From Omnitrophica WOR_2 bacterium RIFCSPHIGHO2_02_FULL_50_17 (GTDB lineage Bacteria; Omnitrophota; Gorgyraeia; Zapsychrales; Zapsychraceae): a DNA stretch of 52,614 nucleotides. Where the stretch lies: contig MHGQ01000041.1 of NCBI GenBank assembly GCA_001805645.1, positions 1 to 52,614 of the forward strand, written 5' to 3'. Each line of letters opens with the position of its first letter. The stretch's first letter is position 1. The notes under the pieces are model-generated. The model had not been told where the DNA came from. It saw nothing but the letters and a program-made list of their open reading frames with translations, and searched no databases. Both the position numbers and the translations under genes were made by a program. This document shows positions 47,744 to 52,614 of the stretch, one piece after another.

Positions 47744-47856
47744 AAGATCACCGCCTTCCGGGGTTGCCACCTGTTTTCCTTATGGTATCCCGGCAGCAGA
47801 ACGGGATGGCACGGCTGCCTTTTTTATCTTGCGTGAAAAATGAAGCCTTCCACACT

Positions 47857-47887
47857 CCCCGATGCCTGCCTGCGGCAGGCATCGGGG
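47857..47887. repeat. Perfect 14-bp-stem GC hairpin (REP-like or terminator)
   Basis: ccccgatgcctgcc-tgc-ggcaggcatcgggg downstream of the FHA gene. Confidence 0.65.
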
Positions 47888-47902
47888 CATCCAGATAGGG
47901 CT

Positions 47903-48892
47903 TCATTCCTGCGATTTTGAATCCCCGTCCGCCTTAGGCGTACGGCGTATATGAGCAGAGTCAAATATCTTTCCCGTGCCGGTCAAAAACTGATCGACGG
48001 ATTGGCTGGAAAAAATTTTCATAAAGGGCGGTTTCAGCGTGGCATAATACACCGGATTCGGATTAAACTCGTCCTTAAAGGTGTAATACAGCAGTGTCAT
48101 AATCGCGATAATGACCGACGTAATCGTGGCGCACACCACGACCCTGTTTCTCAGGGAGACATGGGTCGCGACGGTCAGATTGCCGATTAAAAATACCGTA
48201 AAAAGCGCCCCGCAGAAAAGGACGGCGCTTCCCGTTTCCGTCATCATGCTATTGACAAAATAGCCGATATATTCACTCAAGGTAGCCAAGGGCAACAGAA
48301 GAGCTAAAAAAAGGACGCTGAGGCTTAATTGGGCCACGAACTGCGCGCTATGCTTGATCATCCGCCCGACAAATGCCCAGACACTCGCCCATACAAGAGC
48401 CGCAAACAGGAAACCAAGCGCCCCCGAAGCCAATTTAAGGAAGGAGAGATTTTCCGAGCTGCGCAGATGCACATGAAACGTAAATACCATAAAGGCCAGA
48501 ATGAGAATCGACCAGACGTTGACGGGGTAGCTTATCCTTTTAAGAAAACCATGCGGGGAGGCCAGGAGCTTTGTGGAGGCAACGGGATGGGCGGGGCTTA
48601 AAAGGCGCAGCCGTGTCCGGCCGACGATAATCTCGTCCCCGGAAAAGGCGTGAACCTCATCCATAACTTTGGCGGACTTGCGCACATACATCCCATTCTC
48701 GCCGCTTATGTCTTTCACCAGCCAGCCGTCTTCTTTAGCAGAGACCAAAAGATGCTGTGCCGAGACATGCGGATCGCTTAAGATGAGGTCGTTGGCGTAG
48801 CCGCGCCCCACACAGACGACCGGCGCATCAAATGTCCGGTATTCCTTGATAAAACGCAGCGGATGGATTATTTCAATAACGAGCTGCGCCAC
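47903..48892 (-). CDS. FHA domain membrane protein
   Basis: VGRGYANDLILSDPHVSAQH...NG FHA motif followed by TM helices. Confidence 0.88.
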   Translation of the reverse strand: MAQLVIEIIHPLRFIKEYRTFDAPVVCVGRGYANDLILSDPHVSAQHLLVSAKEDGWLVKDISGENGMYVRKSAKVMDEVHAFSGDEIIVGRTRLRLLSPAHPVASTKLLASPHGFLKRISYPVNVWSILILAFMVFTFHVHLRSSENLSFLKLASGALGFLFAALVWASVWAFVGRMIKHSAQFVAQLSLSVLFLALLLPLATLSEYIGYFVNSMMTETGSAVLFCGALFTVFLIGNLTVATHVSLRNRVVVCATITSVIIAIMTLLYYTFKDEFNPNPVYYATLKPPFMKIFSSQSVDQFLTGTGKIFDSAHIRRTPKADGDSKSQE

Positions 48893-50163
48893 GTGATCTC
48901 CTTCATAAACTTCCGCGCAAAATCAACGGCATTTTTCCTGCCCACCCCCAGGGCCACAAGCTCGACAAGCAGCCCCCGGTCTTTTTGGTCGACCAAGGCC
49001 ATGGAAAGGTTAATATCGTAAAGCTCGGGGTATTTTTTATAGCTGCGGGCGCACCACAGGACCTTCATGTCCCTGCGATCGACGCGCACGAAATCGTTAT
49101 CGCACTGAAAATTCGTGACGTCTTCTTTATCCCGGGCGTTTTCGTAAGGGTGCGGATATTGAAAATGCTGTTCATACAAATGATAAAACCGGATAGGATT
49201 AAGCCCTTTGCTTGTCATCCAGTAATATTGATAGAAAATCTGTCCCGTGGAAAGACCGGGAGAAAGGAAAATATTGTCATTGGTGGAACAGTTAATATAG
49301 GCGTAATTGTAAAGCTCCTCTTCCTTATCCTCGGACTTGCCCCAGCATTTAAAGACCTTGAGGATCTCGCCGGGGACATTCGCCTCGCCCACCTTAAGCG
49401 TATCCCAGACGGAGGCCAGCAGTTTTCCCATATACCCTTCTTGGTTTTGGGTCAACTGCTGATTGATATACGTCTTCCATTCACGCCTTTTCAAAGGAGG
49501 CTGCGTCAACACATGATCGTACAATTCTTTTAAGTGTTCCACGGGGACAAGGAAGCTTACCTCGTTGCCGGCGGTAGAGACATTGATGCCTATGACCTGC
49601 CCTTCCCGATTGATGGCAGGCCCGCCGCTCATGCCCGGATTCAAGGAGCCGCTGAACAATATCTTTTTATACAAGGAATCTTCCATGAGGCCGTTGTAAA
49701 TCCCCTCCATAATGGACATCCCCAGGTCAAAGGGGTTGCCCATCGCAAAAAGGCGCGTCCCCTTCAACAGATGCGATTCCCCCAGAGGAAGATAGCCTTG
49801 AGGGCTGTCCTGGCTTTGAAGGATCGCCAGGTCATGAACCACGTCAATATCCAGAAGAACCACCTCTCCTGCGGCCCCGTCATGCCGGACATAATCCACA
49901 CGAAACCTCGATGGGGCATGAACGGCCTCGGAAACCACGTGAAAATTCGTCGCGATATGTCCTTGAGGGCTGAACTGAAAACCGGAGCCGATAGAGGTCT
50001 TCTTGCCGGTCGCTAAATCAATGACCTGAATCTGGACAACGCTGCGGTTGTGATCCTGATACAGGCGCTGCGCCTCATCGGTGATCTGCTGGGCCGACAC
50101 CCTTGCCGGCATGGCGGCGATCAAAGCCATTCCTAAAAACGGAAGAAAGTCTTTTCGCCGCAT
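48868..50163 (-). CDS. Secreted trypsin-like (S1C) serine protease
   Basis: GSGF, ATNFHVV, HDLA, NPGMSGGP triad; signal peptide; no PDZ. Confidence 0.88.
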   Translation of the reverse strand: MRRKDFLPFLGMALIAAMPARVSAQQITDEAQRLYQDHNRSVVQIQVIDLATGKKTSIGSGFQFSPQGHIATNFHVVSEAVHAPSRFRVDYVRHDGAAGEVVLLDIDVVHDLAILQSQDSPQGYLPLGESHLLKGTRLFAMGNPFDLGMSIMEGIYNGLMEDSLYKKILFSGSLNPGMSGGPAINREGQVIGINVSTAGNEVSFLVPVEHLKELYDHVLTQPPLKRREWKTYINQQLTQNQEGYMGKLLASVWDTLKVGEANVPGEILKVFKCWGKSEDKEEELYNYAYINCSTNDNIFLSPGLSTGQIFYQYYWMTSKGLNPIRFYHLYEQHFQYPHPYENARDKEDVTNFQCDNDFVRVDRRDMKVLWCARSYKKYPELYDINLSMALVDQKDRGLLVELVALGVGRKNAVDFARKFMKEITWRSSLLK

Positions 50164-50259
50164 GCGGCAGCCACCCCAGATTTTTAAAAATCTTCCCATC
50201 GCCATAAAGTATAAGACACAAAATATCCCCTGCAAAGGGAAAAGTAGGCTAAATATGAA

Positions 50260-51198
50260 TTAAATGACCTTCCTGAATTTGGCGATAAAGAATCCTTCCC
50301 TGCCCTCATGAGGAAGCACCCTGAAAGAACAGCAGACCTGAGGGACAAATACCCGGCCCTGCCATTCCCGCAGTGCGGGATAGGATAAAATACCGTCCAG
50401 ATTGACCGGCACCGCCTCCAGCGCGCCTTGTGTCTTTCGAATCAGCCAATCCACAACGGCCTCATTCTCCTCGGGGGCAAAGGTGCACGTGGAATAAACC
50501 AAAACACCGCCGGGTTTAAGGAGACGGCTGGCATGAAGAAGCAGCCCTTTTTGCTTGCGGCTCATTTCTTTAATTTTACGCGGGCTCCAATAGTCAAACG
50601 TCTTAGGCTGATCGGATCTAAAACGGCTTTCAGAGCTGCACGGGGCATCCACCAAAATCCTGTCGAACAACCGGTCACAGCGGAACCTGCGGCCGTCGGT
50701 CAATTTAAACGAGACATTCTGCGCCCCCAACTGGCTGACGACCGATTTTAATTTGTAATAGCGTCCGCGGATGGCCTCGACGGCGACAATCCCCCCTTCA
50801 TTGTTCATGCGCGCGGCCATCTGGGTCGTCTTGCTTCCCGGGGCCGCGCATAGATCCAAGACATATTCCCCCGGCTGCGGATCGAGGACCGCAACCGGCA
50901 GCAGGCTGGATAAACTCTGGCGGTAAAGAAGCCCTTCATTGATGAGATCCATCCGTGTCAATTCCTCACGCGGGATTCCTTCCAAGATCAGGGCCTCGGC
51001 CAAACACGGAACTTCCCGAAAGGCAATGTTCCGTTCTTTCAATTTTGCGAGCATCTGCGGACGGGTCGTTTTGAGGGTATTGATGCGGACACTCAAAAAA
51101 TCAGGGCGGGCAAAACTTTCAACGACCTGATCATAGCGCTGCGGGCCCACGATTGTCCTGAGGCGGTCTAAAAAGATGGGGAGCGATCCTTCACTCAT
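50260..51198 (-). CDS. RsmB/RsmF (NOL1/NOP2/Sun) rRNA m5C methyltransferase
   Basis: LDLCAAPGSKT, DAPCS, YSTCTFAPEENE. Confidence 0.92.
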   Translation of the reverse strand: MSEGSLPIFLDRLRTIVGPQRYDQVVESFARPDFLSVRINTLKTTRPQMLAKLKERNIAFREVPCLAEALILEGIPREELTRMDLINEGLLYRQSLSSLLPVAVLDPQPGEYVLDLCAAPGSKTTQMAARMNNEGGIVAVEAIRGRYYKLKSVVSQLGAQNVSFKLTDGRRFRCDRLFDRILVDAPCSSESRFRSDQPKTFDYWSPRKIKEMSRKQKGLLLHASRLLKPGGVLVYSTCTFAPEENEAVVDWLIRKTQGALEAVPVNLDGILSYPALREWQGRVFVPQVCCSFRVLPHEGREGFFIAKFRKVI

Positions 51199-51498
51199 AA
51201 CGCAACGCCTTATGTGTTTCGGAGGCGTTACTATCAGTGCCACACCAAATCCCACCAGCCCGGCACCACCCGTAACACCGCCGATTGGAAGCGATTTCTT
51301 TTGTAACGAATTTTAAATCACAGTCTTATCGACAACGTGTTCTTTGTCCTTTAACGTGCCCTGTGTTCTTTTCCAAGGGACAGGTTGACTAGATTGCCTG
51401 CTCCTCTTTTTAATATCTTACCGCTGACCTTTTGTCCCCGCCCCATACCCCTCCCACCGCGGCGCGAGACGGGGCAATCGGACATTCGACAATTTCTT

Positions 51499-52614
51499 CT
51501 AAACCAGCTCACCCACCGACTGCCAGGGAAGGGCGAACACGCGGTCACTTAGTTTTGCTTTTCGCGGGATCCGGCAAACCAGATAAGCGGTTCCGGCCGA
51601 AGAATATTCGGAAAGAAAAACCTCCAAATAACGGATGTCGCTTTTCGTGGGATTTTCGGTCCACTTAACTTCAATGGGCGTATACGCGCCGTTTTTGTCG
51701 ACGACCCAGTCGACCTCGGGCCCGTCCGGGTCCCGCCAAAAACGGACGCGGACCGCGGGGCTCTTCGTATGCGTGCCCCTTAACAGCTCAAGACCGATGA
51801 ACTGTTCGAAGATCCTCCCCATCGTATCCCGGGGAAGTTTGGTCCCCTCTCTGGCGGCGACGCGCCGGACGCCCAAATCAAAAAATAAAAATTTCTCGGA
51901 CTTGGTCAGCCTTTTCCGGGTTTTGCTTTGGGTGAGCGGCTCAATCCTCTCGGCGATAAGACAATCCTCCAGGATCTGATAATAAGCGCCTATGGTTGTA
52001 TGGGCCACGCCGATCTCCTGGGACAGTCTCCTTAAATTGATGATCCCGCCCGATTCACAGGCCGCAAGCTCCAGAAACCTCGCGAAATCGCCCAAATTTC
52101 TCACCACCGCTTCCGCCCTGACTTCTTCCTCCAGATAGGTCGTCACGTAAGATTCCAAGTCGATCTCTCTGTCCGCGCCTTCTTGAACCGCGAGGATTCC
52201 CGGCAAAGAGCCATACAGGAGCCGCTCGTCCAGGTCTTTGGCGGGAAATTCCGACAGACTAAAAGGGTCTATTTTAAATGTGGTCACCCTTCCTGGAAGG
52301 AGATTGACCCGGGCGCCCCGCCTAAGTTTTCGGGCGCTTGAGCCGGTGAGAATAAAATTGGCCTGCCCCCTGTCAATAAGATCCTGAACAACATCCAGAA
52401 TATCCGGCACCTTCTGGACCTCATCTAAAATAATCAAAGGACGTTTTTTCGCCGGGCCGAGGGCCTCTATTTCGCTTTTAAGGAGCTGGGGTGATTTTTC
52501 GTAGCACTGGCGTATATCCGGCTGAATAAAAGAAATCGAGAGGTCGGAGTTAAACCGGCTGATAAGCGTCGTTTTCCCGGTCTGTCTTGCCCCGAATAAA
52601 AGCACGCTTTTATT
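51499..52614 (-). CDS. AAA+ ATPase with DUF4143 domain (5' end beyond window)
   Basis: GARQTGKT Walker A, ILDEVQ, LTGSSA, EVDWV...PIEVK. Confidence 0.88.
   Translation of the reverse strand, partial: NKSVLLFGARQTGKTTLISRFNSDLSISFIQPDIRQCYEKSPQLLKSEIEALGPAKKRPLIILDEVQKVPDILDVVQDLIDRGQANFILTGSSARKLRRGARVNLLPGRVTTFKIDPFSLSEFPAKDLDERLLYGSLPGILAVQEGADREIDLESYVTTYLEEEVRAEAVVRNLGDFARFLELAACESGGIINLRRLSQEIGVAHTTIGAYYQILEDCLIAERIEPLTQSKTRKRLTKSEKFLFFDLGVRRVAAREGTKLPRDTMGRIFEQFIGLELLRGTHTKSPAVRVRFWRDPDGPEVDWVVDKNGAYTPIEVKWTENPTKSDIRYLEVFLSEYSSAGTAYLVCRIPRKAKLSDRVFALPWQSVGELV

Noticed and set aside
51199-51498. Possible small gene or N-terminal extension upstream of the methyltransferase
   Set aside because: The short Gly-rich hydrophobic frame has an upstream stop and no recognisable family; unsupported.

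Overview
Bacterial chromosome segment; gene content and repeat style suggest a PVC-superphylum organism such as Candidatus Omnitrophota (inference). The right half (22-52.6 kb) is mostly housekeeping: a type IV pilus PilC/PilB/MshEN cluster, rodA-mrdA-mreDCB, aroA, rluD, lgt, lspA, dksA-like, ileS, mtnP, proC, yggS, dgkA and an RsmB/RsmF-like methyltransferase. The left 22 kb is accessory and holds three things. (i) A >1980-aa Sec-exported SpvB/FG-GAP/YD-repeat (TcB-TcC/RHS-like) protein in an operon divergent from an XRE-cupin regulator. (ii) A minimal type II PKS/FAS (ACP, non-catalytic CLF-like KS, DH-like, active KS) plus an acyl-ACP-reductase-like enzyme, co-oriented with a 7TM-GAF histidine kinase, a REC protein and a GAF-HD-GYP phosphodiesterase. 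The reductase gene and the receptor sensor domain form one AT-rich block, making this a candidate lipid-signal (quorum-sensing-like) system with a swappable specificity cassette. (iii) Four divergent four-helix-bundle (23S-IVS-protein/Avd-like) genes, each bracketed by its own inverted array of 7- or 10-nt tandem repeats. ORF-less 'empty' copies of such arrays occur between genes and in frame inside genes, suggesting an undescribed mobile or RNA-level intervening element family. No rRNA, tRNA, CRISPR array or transposase was recognised.
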